64,000 nucleotides of DNA from the NCBI RefSeq assembly GCF_018350175.1, contig NC_058368.1, positions 6,014,001 through 6,078,000 on the forward strand, given 5' to 3'. The notes below the pieces were generated by a model that had not been told where the DNA came from, did no database searches, and saw only the letters and a program-made list of their open reading frames with translations. A program made the position numbers and the translations under genes. Positions 26,058 through 37,539 of this stretch are shown piece by piece (the stretch's first letter is position 1; each line of letters starts with the position of its first letter). This DNA comes from Felis catus (Eukaryota).

Positions 26058-26520
26058 ATGACCTAGTGGGGTTTATTCCAAGAAAGGAAGTTTGATTCAT
26101 CATTTGAACATAAAATGATGTAATTTATCATCTGAAAGACTAAAGGGAAAAAAAACAAACCCTACGGTATCTCAACAGATACAGAAAAGGCATTTGACAA
26201 AGTTCAACATCAAATGATCAAAACTCTCAGCAGGCCAAGAAAATCGGGGAAGTTCTTCAACCTAATGAAGGATGTCTATGAAAAACATGCAGCAACTATC
26301 AGACTTAATTGTGGAAAACCAAATGCTTTCTTTCTAAGACTGGTAATGATGCAAGACTGCCCTTCCTCACCGCACACATACAGTATTGTACTGGAGGCTT
26401 TATTCAGTGCAAAAAGGCAAGAAAAGTAAAATTCAAAGAGAAAGGAAAGAAATAGAAGTCTATTGGCAAACTACATGAGGGCCTACGAAAAATACTCTCA
26501 AAGTATCTATTTTCAAAACT
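26058..26520 (+). mobile_element. Old L1 ORF2 RT fragment (continues from ~24830)
   Basis: ORF 26214-26429 resembles L1 RT (MIKTLS...FFNLMKDVYEK...SIVLEAL). Confidence 0.75.
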
Positions 26521-27169
26521 GTTCTAGTGTAACATGTAAAAAAAAAAAACCTTGGAAATTAAGACTCCCATCTTCATAAAGAGAAAAATAAAAAACATAT
26601 GACTAAACTGAAAACCAATGACTCTTCTTAGATCCATCAGAGAACTGAGGTCACAGGGAAAATTGCCGGCCCCAAATCTAAAGAGATAGGTGAATACAGA
26701 GAACCAGAATTTATCTCTGCAGCCAGCAACTGGCAGAAACATGTAGAGGGTCATTGATTAATTGCAGAAGGCTTAACCATGCCCCAGATTTGAGATAAGT
26801 CCTAGAAGGGGACCTTAAGGAATACCACTAGACTCTCAGGGTGACGATCAAAGAAAAGTCCCCTCATGCTTCCAGTAAGGGAAGGGGAAAAGGGACCATT
26901 GTAAAATATGCTCAGCACACTGTGTTCTCCTCAACAAGGGCTTGTCCTCAAGGAAAAGTGTTTTACCAGAGCCTCATCAACATGGGAGAAGGGAAATACC
27001 TAACTTTAGCTCTTTCTAGTCTTCCTGTCTTACTTAAAAGAAAAACACCCTAAAAAGCACTTGTGAAGAACAAAACCAAATCAAAGCATTATCACAGCTG
27101 GAAGAAGTGGCTAAGAACCTATTTAAGAAGGAGTCTCTAGAGAAACCAAAATACACAGTGAATCTACAG

Positions 27170-29108
27170 CTGCATACGGAACAGTTTCCAGCGGTAGGGA
27201 GGGGGAGGCTAAAAACTAGTTTAGCAAACTCCTACACATAAAGTGAACGAAAAAAAAACCCACATCGGAGTGGGTGGGAAAGGCTGACACTACCTTCCTA
27301 TAAACCCCACTCTAGGTATGACAACCCACAATCAGGAGGGAACTCGAAAAACCTGAGCTTCTCCCTGGGGCATGAAGGGTTTGAACCCTACATGTGGCAC
27401 CTCGACTTTTACCTGCACCTTAGAAAGGAGCCCCCAAAACATCTAGTAGGGCTTGCATCGCTGAGACTCACAAGGCTATGGTGAACTGAGAAAATTGTTC
27501 TTAAAAGGTCTCACATGGGGCGCCTGGGTGGTGCAGTCGGTTAAGCGTCCGACTTCAGCCAGGTCACGATCTCGTGAGTTCGAGCCCCGCGTCAGGCTCT
27601 GGGCTGATGGCTCAGAGCCTGGAGCCTGTTTCTGATTCTGTGTCTCCCTCTCTCTCTGCCCCTCCCCCGTTCATGCTCTGTCTCTCTCTGTCCCAAAAAT
27701 AAATAAATGTTGAAAAAAAAAATAAAAAAAATAATAAAAAAAAAAGGTCTCACATGTGCAAACACCCACCCCAGGGCCGAGCACAGAGGCGGCCAACTAA
27801 AAAGTGCCTAAGCTTTCTGTTAAAGACATTTATTTTCTCATGTTAACGCACTGGCCTACGGGGCTGACATCTACATTAACGCACATCTGGGGGTCTGCTG
27901 AAATTCTCTCCAAATACGGAGGCCCGTGGGCACAATCTCTGCTCTCCCCCTTTGCCTCACTCCAGCCCTCTGCTATCTCCTAGAGTGGAGCCTGTACCCC
28001 CGCCTGGTGACTTCATTTTTACAGCTGGAGGGCTATGCTCATGAGTCCCACTGGACCGTAACCAATGGAGAAAGAGTTCGCACCCAATTTGCACCCCCAA
28101 TGTCACAACAGAGAGACAACAGACTGAGGAGCCCAGGCTCTCTGTGAAGCAGGCCAACTTATCTTCACAGGTGTGATCTGAGTGGCAGGGTTCTAATCAA
28201 ACACATATCTAAAGACTCAGTCATCCTCTCCAGAGACCTTGGAGGGTGGGTTCTGTGTTTGTACTCTGCCACCCTCAGAGCACCAATATTTCCCAGAGGG
28301 GAGCTTTCACACACAGCTGGTACCCCAGTTTGCACATCGGTGCCCCAGTTTTTGTGACTGCCACTTCAGGGGATGCTGCTTGACTTCCTGGCTCTGGTGG
28401 CCAGTGGGGGTTGCATTCCTGGGTCTCATGGGATGGGACTGTAACGATCAGAGAGCTGGTTCTTGGCCAGCACCACTCTCAGGGCGTGTCACAGGCAGCA
28501 CACGGAAACACATGCCCGGTCGTTCTGTGGAAAAGGCCCATCTGCTGGTCCTGGAGCTTCAGCCTGAGGGCAAGCTACTGGTTTGGCACACAAGGGGCCT
28601 GATGAAGTACTCTGCAGATACAGAAGCTGGTGGATGCTGTCTGTGTGCTCTCCCTCTGCCTCACTCCGGGTTGCCAGTATCTGCCAGAAAGGAGCTGGTA
28701 CCCTCGCCTGGCACCTCAATTTTTGTGACTGCTTCCCAGGGGACACTCTAGGTTGCCTGGCTCCGGTGACCAGCAGGACTCATGCTTGTGGGTCCCATAA
28801 GGCTATAACCAACAGAGAAAGAGTTCTTAACCAACTACCATCCCCAGGGCAGGGCAGAGTGGCAACAGTCTGCGAAACAGGCCTGTTAGCTTTATAGCTG
28901 CAGCCTGGGGGACAGCCTTCTAATTAAGCACATGTCTCAGGGCTAACTGGAATCCTCTCCAGAGACCTCAGACAGGGGCACTATCTTTGCAGCTGCTACC
29001 CAGGGGACGCTTCTAGATTGCCTGAGTCTGGTGGCCAGGGGAGCTTACACTCATGGTCCTGAAGGACTACACATATTTGTATACATTAAAAACTGCCACC
29101 TGAGGGTC
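27170..29108 (+). mobile_element. L1 5'UTR-like region with ~350-370 bp degenerate monomers
   Basis: Recurring motif gtcccat..gactgtaacca..gagaaagagttctt at ~27480, 28060, 28440, 28805 and partially 29055. Confidence 0.5.
27517..27745 (+). mobile_element. Young SINEC_Fc
   Basis: TSD aaaaggtctcacat. Confidence 0.92.
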
Positions 29109-29634
29109 TATCTACCAAGCAGGAAATAAAGACACTAACTTTAAAAGATGTCTGCACACCCATGTTCACTGCAGCATTTTTCACAATAGGCAATATATGG
29201 AAACAACCTAAGAGTCCATTGGTGAATGAATAATAAAGAAAATGTGGTGTATATATACACAATTAAACATTATTCAGCCATAACAAAGAGGAAAGTCTTG
29301 CCATTGGCAATGACATGGATGGACTTGAGGGCAGTACGCTAACTGAATTAAGACAGAGAAAGACAAATACCGTATGATCTCACCTACATGTGGGAATCAA
29401 AAACAAAAACAAAAGCAAACAAACAAGCTTGTTCAATAAGAAGATTGATGATGGCCGGAGGTGGCAATGGGAGATGGGCAAATTTTTAAAGAAGGTCAAA
29501 AGGTACAAACTTCTGGTTACAAAATAAGTAAATCCTGGGGATGTAACAAGCAACATGGTGACTATAGTTAATAATACTGTATTGCATATTTGAAAGCTGC
29601 TAAGAGCAAATCTTGAAAGTTCTCATGGCAAGAC

Positions 29635-29860
29635 TGGGTGCCTGGGTCGCTCAGTTGGTTAAGCGTCTGACTCGGCTCAGAGCATGATGTCACGGTTCAT
29701 GGGTTCGAGCCCCGCATCGGGCTCTATGCTGACAGCTCAGAGTCTGGAGCCTGCTTTGGATTCTGTGTCTCCCTCTCTCTCTGCCACTCCTCGGCTCATG
29801 CTCGGTCTGTCTCTGTCTCTCAACAATAAATAAACGTTAAAAAAAAAAAGTTAAAAAAAA
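29635..29860 (+). mobile_element. SINEC_Fc
   Basis: TSD aaagttctcatg(g/a)caaga. Confidence 0.9.
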
Positions 29861-30103
29861 GTTCTCATGACAAGAAAAAAAAATTTATAACTATGCATGA
29901 AGACAGATGCTAACTAGATTTGTGGGTGATCACTTCGCAATATATACAAATATTGAATCATTATGTTGTACACCTGAAACTAACGTTATATGTCACCTAT
30001 ATCTCAATTTAAAAAAAAAAACACTTAAACATAGAATTACCATAGGATCTGGGAATTCCACTTTTAGATATATACCCAAAAGAATTAAAAGTAGGGACTC
30101 AAA

Positions 30104-30322
30104 GGGTGCCTGGGTGGCTCAGTCGGTTGAGCACCCGACTTCAGCTCAAGTCATGATCTCATGGTTTGTGGATTCAAGCCCCGCGTCGGGCTCTGTGCTG
30201 ACAGTTAAGAGCCTGGAGCCTGCTTCAGATTCTGTTTCCCCCATCTCTCTCTGCCCCTCGCCTGCTCATGCTCTGTCTCTGTCTCTCAAAAGTGAATAAA
30301 GATTTTTTTTAAAAATTTTTTA
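30104..30322 (+). mobile_element. SINEC_Fc
   Basis: TSD aagtagggactcaaa. Confidence 0.9.
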
Positions 30323-31477
30323 AGTAGGGACTCAAACAGAAACTTGCACACCAGTGTTCACAGCAGTGTTATTCACAATGGCCCAAAGGTGGAAACAATC
30401 CAAATGTCCGTCAACAAATGACCTGATAAACAAAATGTGGTATGCACATATAATGGAATATTACTCAGCCTTTAAAAAGAATGAAATTCTGATACATCCT
30501 ACATGGATGAAACTTGTAAATATTATGCCAAGTGAAACAAGGCAAACACAAAAGGACAAATACTATGATTCCACTTATATGAGGTACCTAGAGTAGTCAA
30601 ATTCATTGAGACAGCAAAAACTAGACTGGAGGTTACTGGGGACTGGGGGAAAGGGAAAAGGAGAGTTATTGTTGAATGGGTATGGGGCTTCTGTCTGGGA
30701 TGATGAAAAAGTTCTTGAAATACACAGTGGTGATAGCTGCATGATTTTGTGAATGTATTTAACACTACTGAATTGTAAACTTAAAAGTTATTTGATGTAA
30801 GAGACTTTTAAAGATTGAAAATAAACTAAGGGTTGTTAGAGGGAAGTGGGTGTGGGATGGGCTAGATGGGTGATGGGCATTAAGGAGGGCACATGTTACA
30901 ATGAGCACTAGGTTTTGTATGTAAGTGATGAATCACTGAATTCTACTCCTGAAACCAATGCTGCACTGTATGTTAACTAACCAGAATTTAAGTAAAAATT
31001 TGAAAAGAAAAAACACAAAACAACAAGTGGTTTGAATGGTAGATTTTCTGTGTCTTTAACCACAATAAAATAATAGGCGATAGATATTATAAAACTATTA
31101 TAATTAAACAGTGACTAGGAACAGAATAAGCCAGGAAAAGTGATCATCTATACTGGAGAATAATGAGTGGCATTATTAAGTCTTCAGGAAAATAAAGGCC
31201 ATTCTGTAAATTATACTGGACTAATTGGTTAACAGTATGGGAGGAAATTATGTCTCTAATTTCCATCACTTACAAAAATACATTTCAGACAGGCTAAATT
31301 GTCTAAGTATGAAAAGCAAAATTTCAAATATTTAAAAGAAAGAATGAAATCTGTATGAGATCAGGGTATGGGAAAGATTACTTCAAAAACGTTCAAAAGC
31401 ACGGACCATAAAGGAAAATACTAATTAATCTGACTTCACGAAAACAAAGAATCTTTTGTGCATTAAAATAGTAAAAC

Positions 31478-31650
31478 AGGCACCTGGGTGGCTTTGTTGG
31501 TTAAACGTCTGACTTTTGATTTCAGCTCAGGTCAAGATCTCCAGGTTCATGGGATTAAGCCCCACCTTGGGTTCAGAATAAATAAACATTTAAAAATAAT
31601 AAAAATATATATATATTTTAAAAAAGAAAAAATAATAAAACATTAAAAAA
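31478..31650 (+). mobile_element. Internally deleted SINEC
   Basis: Head present, CT-rich middle missing, A-rich tail. Confidence 0.8.
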
Positions 31651-31992
31651 TTTTAAAAACAAACCACATACCACTAGAGTATATTTTAATGCATATAACT
31701 GACACAGGTTTTCTACCCAGATGTTTTAAATGATTCCCACAAATCAATTAAAAAATATATAAAAACATAAGGAAAATGTATGAATTGGCAATTAATTTAG
31801 AGAAAGATAAAAGCAAAATATATATATGACGATAGCTCAAATTCAATCAGGCTAAAGCTAAAAACCAAAGAGCATGACAAGGGTGGGTGAGGGCATGGGG
31901 CATTAGAAACCCGGAGGGGACAGGTGGGAGTATAAATTAATAAAAGCATTTTAGAGAGTAAGTGAAGACTGCAGGTGTCCCACAATCCAGTA

Positions 31993-32465
31993 GAGTAGTC
32001 GCCCCACATCCATGGGCGATGGGTTCCAAGACCCCCAGTGGATGCTTGAAACCACAGAGAGTACCAAGTCTTACAACCACGATGTTATTTGCTATGCATA
32101 CACACCCATAGAAGTTTAATTTGTAAGTGAGGCAGGGTAAGAGATTAACAGCAATCATGACAAAATAGACCAATTAGACCAACATACTGTAACACAAGTT
32201 ATGTGGATGTGGTCTCCCTCTCTCTCTCTCTCTCAAAATATCTGAAAGTACTGTACTGACCTTCTTCTTGTGATGATGTGAGATGTTAAAATGCCCACAT
32301 GATGAGACAAAGCAAGGTGAATGATGTGGGCATCATGACCTAATGTCAGGCTACCAGTGACCTTCTGACCATGCGTCAGAGGAGGGTCCTCTGCTTCTGG
32401 ACTGTGGTCGACCACAGATGACTGAAACCATGGAAAGCAAAACCACAGTTAAGAGGGCACCACTG
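31993..32465 (-). mobile_element. MER44-like TcMar-Tigger element
   Basis: gttccaagacccccagtggatg...actgaaaccatggaaagcaaaaccac, degenerate TIRs flanked by TA at 31991 and 32466. Confidence 0.8.
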
Positions 32466-32852
32466 TATTCCCATTTCTAAATATAACTTTTAAAAAATAA
32501 CTCATATGTGTATACAAGAAGATGTGAACAAGGATGTGTATTTCAGCACCATTTGTAACAGTGAAAAAAATACAGAAACATCTCAATGCTTATGAATAAA
32601 GAGTTAAGTAAAACCCATCTTAATCATATGATGAAATATTGTGGAGACATTTAAAAGAGTGCTACCAATAGATGATAAGATGATTGATATACTAGGTAGA
32701 GCTCAAAAATCTAAGAGTGATGTGAAAATGATATACACATTACTCTACTAAATCATTTATGTAAACTTTTAAGAAATATAACTACAATATTGTGTCTTGC
32801 TTATGGATCTATGCTTTGTAAATATATATTTGTAAATGCATGTATGTAAATG

Positions 32853-32883
32853 TGTTTTTATTTTTCAAAATGTTTATTTATTT

Positions 32884-32924
<41 letters not shown>

Positions 32925-33043
32925 CCCAAGCAGACTCTGCACTGTTGGTGCACACAATCTGACATGGGGCTCAATCCCGTGAGCTCATGACCTGAGCTGA
33001 AATTGAGTTGGACGCTTAACCAAATGAGCCATCCAGGTGCCCC
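32853..33043 (-). mobile_element. SINEC
   Basis: Reverse head, (AG)n. Confidence 0.88.
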
Positions 33044-33635
33044 TGTAAATGTACCTTTAAATGACTAAAACCACACATAACATATTCAGAATAGTAATTA
33101 CCTGCAGCAGGGGCCAAGGGAGGAAAACAGGAGGGCTGAGCCTAGAGGCAATGGTTAAAGGTGATTTTTGCTTTGTTTTATGTTCAATTATTTATTTCTA
33201 AAAAAAAAAAGAAATTAAATAAAAAATTAAAAACATAAAAAATAAAACGTTAGAGGTTGTGGTGACAGTCTGTGTGTTTGTTGAATTTTATACACGTGCA
33301 CAGACACACATCACACAGACTGACTGCAGTGGCATCCACCAAACAGTGACGGTCCAAATTACTGGGATATTTTTAAGCAGTAGGTAAATCACATAGGAAT
33401 CTGTCATCTCACTTTATCTTTCTCTGGCCACTTAGGGTCGAGGACACTGATCCCAGCCTCTCACACCTGTCCCACAAGATTTCAAGGGCAAGAATCTGCG
33501 ATGAAAGAGAAGGACGGACTCCCTGGGTGGGCCTGGGACATTTGAGAATGGACCCAAGTTCAGTTACTGGAAGAGTTGTCCAGCTGCTGCTTAAACGGAC
33601 AACACACTGAAACAAAGGACTTCCTAGTTACTCAC

Positions 33636-33711
33636 CAGTCAGGCTACGGACTCCACTTTTGACTGGAAAACTGACCTTTTTAGGGTTAATATCCTGAATG
33701 TCTTCCCTCAG
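33636..33711 (-). CDS. Candidate exon 1 (ATP8A2 exon-1 homologue); in-frame segment LREDIQDINPKKVSFPVKSGVRSLT+G starting at a CTG, may be 5'UTR only
   Basis: Strong donor CTG|gtgagt at 33635. Phase 1 matches the exon-2 acceptor. KVSFPVKSGVRSLTG aligns with remembered ATP8A2 KMSLPRRSRIRSSVG. No ATG; in-frame TGA at 33729-33727. Confidence 0.5.
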
Positions 33712-33729
33712 CCCAAACAGCTCTAATCA

Positions 33730-33900
33730 GGACAGTGGCCACTGGGCTTGGCCTGGAGTGAGCTGAAACCCTCCCAGCTTGCCTCTGGGAGTTCTGACAG
33801 TTGAGGGCTCAGCACCGCCCTCCGCACTGCGCTTCTGAGATGGGGCTGCCCACATTCCCCGTCCTTCCACGCTCACCAAGTGTGCTTTCCTTGCCCTCTG
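33730..33900 (-). promoter_or_regulatory. Candidate proximal promoter of the flippase gene
   Basis: Unique, locally GC-rich sequence just upstream of exon 1, with a MYB-type site TGACAGTTG (33795-33803) and a GC box CCGCCC (33815-33820). Confidence 0.35.
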
Positions 33901-34124
33901 AAGTACCTCCCAGGCTTCAACTCAGCCTAGAAGAAGGATAAGAGAGACTTTCCAAGCTTCAGAGCTAATTCGCTTTTCCTCCGAATGGTGAAAAAAAAGT
34001 ATGTAATGTGCCTTACTAACAGGTGAACACATGAAGATAAGACCAGACCTCACTGGAAACAATGTGAACCTAATGTAGATTTGATAACTGATGATTTCTG
34101 CCAATAGCGTCATAGAGTAAGTCA

Positions 34125-34245
34125 TCGGCTCTCAACCTTTAGAGTCTCAGGAACCCTTCAGACTCAAACAATAGCAAAGAACCCAAGGAGTTTTCATCTA
34201 TGTGGCATATATCTACTGATATTTACCATATTAGAAATTGCACTG
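34125..34245 (+). mobile_element. hAT-type DNA transposon fragment
   Basis: gtctcaggaaccctt...atatctactgatatttaccatattagaaatt phrase. Confidence 0.5.
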
Positions 34246-34933
34246 GTACAAACATTCCTGAAAACAATCCAGCACTGCTTACCGAAACTAAATACATAAG
34301 CCCAAACCTCTGCCATCTACTCTAGGATCAATATACCAAACACACACACACACACACACTACAGGGCAAATTCATAAGAAGATACATACAAGACATACAA
34401 GTTCATAGAGGCAGGAACAGTTGGGAATAACCTAAGTGTGAGTAGAGGAAAAAAATAAGCTATGGCATGTGAATGCAATAAAGTAATATGCACCAGTCAG
34501 AAGCATGTTATATAAAGTAACATGAATAGGTCCTGAAAACCTAATAGTTTATCAGTTAGCCAAATGAGATTTATAGCACAATATCCTTTACATAAAATTG
34601 TAAAACTCATACAAAATAAGTATTATATGCTTTTCAAGGAAATATATTCAAAAGAGGGACGACTAGGGCGGGGGAAAGCATTAAATACATGAGGGAGTGA
34701 GGAGTATGGAAATGCCGGAAGGCAGGCAGAGAAAAATCGCTAAGGTAAAATGAAAGAACAAAGAGGTAGCCTTTCTGGGCCAATGATTTCGTATTACTAA
34801 TAAGGAATATGATCAATGAATGACTCCATTCTGAGCACCTGAGATCCTTAAAAAACAAAGCACTTACTTTACATGAGCAGAAACACTGTTGAGACTTCAG
34901 TTAGATTAAATGTTTCTTTAAATGTGAAAACCA

Positions 34934-35121
34934 GGGGCACCTGGGTGGCTCAGTTGGTTAAGCATCCAACTCTTGATTTCAGTTCAGGTCATGATCTCCC
35001 AGTCATGAGATCAAGCCCTGAATCAGGCTCTGTAGTGAGCATGGAGCCTGCTTAAGATTCTCTCTCTTTCCCTCTCTCTCTCTCAAAAACATACATACAT
35101 ACATACATACATACATACATA
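34934..35121 (+). mobile_element. SINEC with (TACA)n tail
   Basis: ggggcacctgggtggctcagttggttaagc head. Confidence 0.9.
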
Positions 35122-36181
35122 AAACTATTCATAGGGCATATATAGTAAGTATCCCACAGGAATTCGTGAGTGAGCTGACCTTAAAAGAAACAGTCCGTTC
35201 TCCTGAATAAGGTTAAACACTATATAATATGAAAGGACAGTTCAAAGAAATGCTGAAAAAAATAAAATTTCTCTGTTGAACAAATATACTATCACGTTTT
35301 TCTAAGTTAGGCTGTCCTGGTATTCAGCAGAGTAATTCTAAATTGCATTTCGGGCAAAGTTGTAAGTGCAAGTGAACTACTTTTTAATTAAATATGTGTG
35401 AATCTGAAATTCTACACTGATATTTTGTGACATTTTTACAGGATGCAAGATGCTTAAGTACACACAGAAAACTTACAAAACACATCACTTCCGTAACTTC
35501 TTTTGATTTTTCTCTGTATTATGCTTTTCCATTATGATATTCCCATAGGTATGTATCCTATATTACATATCTTATAACATACTGTTTGGGAGGCTCTGGA
35601 ATTACCCGGTTTCCTAAGGAAGAAACCAGAGCAGACCACAGGGAAGCTATACGCTCTCGTTCAATCACCACGTATTTTGAGCACCTCTTATATGTGATCC
35701 GTTGTTTTAGACACGATCATAGAGTGATCTACAGGACAGCTTCAGTGGAGAGCCCCACGACGGGCGCAAGGAAAGCTTTCCCAGGCCACTTCCAGCAGCC
35801 CCATGCCATCACCAGCAGACAACGTGGACTCTGCAAACCTTTTGTTCTTTTCCAAGCCAGCTCCCACCTCCAATCACATGACTAGATAATGCTCATGAGC
35901 ATACGTAACACATACAAACATGAAATCGTGGCTGCTCAACTCATGATCCTCCAAGCTGTGATATTTCTAGGGCACTACCCACAAAAAGACCCAAAATCTT
36001 GAAATAAACACATTAACGCATCCAACTTACATTTCACTATGGAAATATAACATATAGGTAAAAACGTATGGGCATACTCATTAAGCTCTTCAGATAATGA
36101 GAATTTCTAATATGCAAAAAAAAAAAACAACACCTCACACTTTATGTGAGTTGATATAAACAAAAGTGATTACTGAAATAT

Positions 36182-36360
36182 GGGACGCCGGGGTGGCTCA
36201 GTGGGTTGAGCATCTGACTCCTGATTTCGGCTCAGGTCATGATCCCAGGGACATGGAATCAGGCCCCATGTCAGGGTTCCACATTGGGCATGGAGCCTAC
36301 TTGAGATTCTTTCTCTCTCCCTCTGCCCTTCTCTGCTCCCCTGCCTCAATTTTTTTTTAA
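36182..36360 (+). mobile_element. Older SINEC
   Basis: TSD aaaagtgatt(a/g)ctgaaata. Confidence 0.88.
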
Positions 36361-37014
36361 AAAGTGATTGCTGAAATAGTCAAAGTCAATGATTATAAGA
36401 ACACTGAGGTTTTCTGCTGTTCATAAGATTACATGACTAAAATAACAGAAAAAAGAGAATGAGCAAATCATAAGTATATCCTGAGTCCTCTGGGCTATGG
36501 GGTGGCCAAGTGCTGAGGGGCTTCTCCTTCCTGCTGGACAGCTGTTATCACCTCCTAAAGTGGAACAGGCACCCCCCCACACACACTCCACAAAAAACAG
36601 GTGATACCAGGTTACCTTGTAGTATAGACTTTGCTAAAGTCTTAGTACTAAATTAGAACAGAGCAGGGAGCAACTTGGAATTCAATATCAGACATCATTG
36701 CTCAAGTGTATGAGCAAATGGTCCCCAAGCCATAGCTTCACATAAGGCTAGCCTGGAAGTCTCTCTCCTTAGCCCTGACCTATAGCATCACTGATGAGAA
36801 TACTTATCTCCTGGAGAGGAGGGTACTTGGGTCCTGTCTTTGATCCTCAAGTCATGGGCCCTGATCCCTTCTCTGGACCAGCCAGGAAAAGCAAAATGGG
36901 GGAAAAAAAAAAAAAGCAAGAGACAGTCACTAGTTCAGCAGAAGTGACCTGCCCATGGCCAAGGTAACTACAGGAGCCAACTGTCTCTTCAACTTCTAGT
37001 CAATTCTCCAAATA

Positions 37015-37530
37015 CTGTCCGAGTTGTCTTCCCTGGATTCTGTGGAAATAAATGAAGACCAACCAAATGAGAACAGGCAAAGTCCATTTCTTCTGAGCTT
37101 GCTCTAGCAAGGCAGACACCCACCATCACTCGCACTTTGGCAGGGCTGAAAAGCAGGCAGAAAAGTGATAAATTTTCACAGTGGAGGAGAGGGATGGCTC
37201 TAGGTGTGCCCCAACTCAAGGCTGTTGACATGGGGATGTGTAGGCGGGCTTCCAAAAAGTAGGCATCCTATGCAATTGTTAGGCGTGCACATTTGGCTTT
37301 TCCCCAGTTGGTCCTAAAGTGGAAGCGGACACAAAAATTGCAGCTCTCGGTTATGAATCAAAGCCTGATCATCCGGGGGCCAACTGATACAGTAGTTCCT
37401 GTTTGGCTTCCAGGGCTGTTACTGGTCTGCCTTCCTACAAGTATGACTTGTAGATATTGGGCTGGCTTCCTGGGCTAGTTGCTGCAGATAGTGGTCAGGT
37501 TTCTACTGTTAAATTAGGTCTGGCCATCAT
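37015..37530 (-). mobile_element. ERV LTR-like element
   Basis: General LTR-like composition and phrases; family not determined. Confidence 0.35.
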
Positions 37531-37539
37531 GTTTGCATA

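Larger units (their letters stand above)
29109..31070 (+). mobile_element. Stacked L1 3'-end fragments (L1MA/L1MB-like plus a carnivore L1 tail at ~30797-31010)
   Basis: Repeated catgttcactgcagca...aaatgtggt...tattcagcc...agacaaatac 3' phrases with polyA ends at ~30020 and ~31070. Confidence 0.8.
3760..33711 (-). other. Gene span (5' part) of an ATP8A2-like P4-ATPase / phospholipid-transporting ATPase IB-like gene; continues beyond position 1
   Basis: Seven exons with canonical GT-AG introns join into one stop-free frame: ...[153 protein letters not shown]. Contains P4-ATPase N-terminal hallmarks (ISTAKY, FLP, KE..ED, VGDIVK, PAD). Confidence 0.9.

Noticed and set aside
28239..28751. 170-aa ORF
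   Set aside because: Non-ATG start, lies in the L1 5'UTR-like monomer array, no recognisable domain.
3760..33711. Assigning the symbol ATP8A2 or ATP8A1
   Set aside because: Protein divergence (~70% to remembered ATP8A2) and compact introns argue for a paralogue; cannot be settled without a search.
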